Source of the DNA: Iphione sp. A-MEVVRFRX5
Taxonomy: Eukaryota
Assembly: GCA_976226885.1 (NCBI GenBank)
Contig: OZ320316.1
Location: 92,504,001-92,568,000, forward strand
Direction of reading: 5' to 3'
DNA length: 64,000 nt
Below the pieces are notes generated by a model. It did no database searches, was not told where the DNA came from, and saw nothing but the letters and a program-made list of their open reading frames with translations. The position numbers were made by a program, and so were the translations under genes. Of the stretch, positions 1 to 64,000 are shown piece after piece (the stretch's first letter is position 1; every line of letters starts with the position of its first letter).

Positions 1-420
1 CTTCAAAGATGTTTCGAACTGTCTGTCTTTGAATAAAATATTCTAATCTGCTGAGAACAAAATAAAGAATATTACTAAAACAAAAACAAATCATAGAATG
101 AATAAGATTTTGCTAGATGCACATCTTTATATCACAATATGTAATTCAACTACAGGAATAATTCTTTCATTATCAAGCTAAGTCATTGTTGACATTAATA
201 CAGTTTTGACATTAAATTTAACAATTCAAAATCGAACAAAAGACATTGTAACAAGAATTGGACAAAACAGCTGCACATACGTTTCTGATACACAATACTT
301 AATTTTTATCCAAATAAGGACCAAATATATACAATATTTATAAATTGCACCTTCTCCATCGACCTCCTCCGTTTGCTTGAGCAGGTAATTACACTGTTAA
401 ACGCGTGTTTTCTACAGTAC

Positions 421-63915
<63,495 letters not shown>

Positions 63916-64000
63916 CTACAAGTAATAACATACGCGTTTTGGCAATACATAGGGCTAGTACACAGACTTACGTGTATGCACTGGGTATACGTTTTCGCTT

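Overview
Eukaryotic (animal) genomic DNA, about 64 kb, occupied almost entirely by the middle of one intron-rich gene on the minus strand: a ryanodine receptor (RyR, the sarco/endoplasmic-reticulum Ca2+-release channel). I assembled by hand a continuous spliced reading frame over 55 exon positions from 63915 down to 421. All introns are GT-AG and all phases are compatible, giving 7,622 coding nt (about 2,540 aa). This covers the junctional and bridging solenoids, Repeat3-4 with its phosphorylation loop, the calmodulin-binding helix, the core solenoid with the Ca2+-site motifs CEGH and TEYIQ, and the EF-hand pair. The N-terminus lies beyond the right edge and the transmembrane/pore domain beyond the left edge. 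The protein is of the single-gene invertebrate type (e.g. [51 protein letters not shown]); I cannot name the species. Most interesting: (1) two duplicated 80-nt mutually exclusive exons encoding alternative versions of EF-hand 1; (2) a 599-nt AG-free zone with a candidate distant branch point; (3) a candidate acidic cassette exon at the divergent region 3 position; (4) several frame-preserving candidate microexons and an alternative donor. All alternative-exon calls other than the EF-hand pair are sequence-only predictions that need RNA-seq. Introns also carry microsatellites, a few MITE-like elements and a 161-N assembly gap. Most ORFs in the supplied track are intronic noise or exon read-through.
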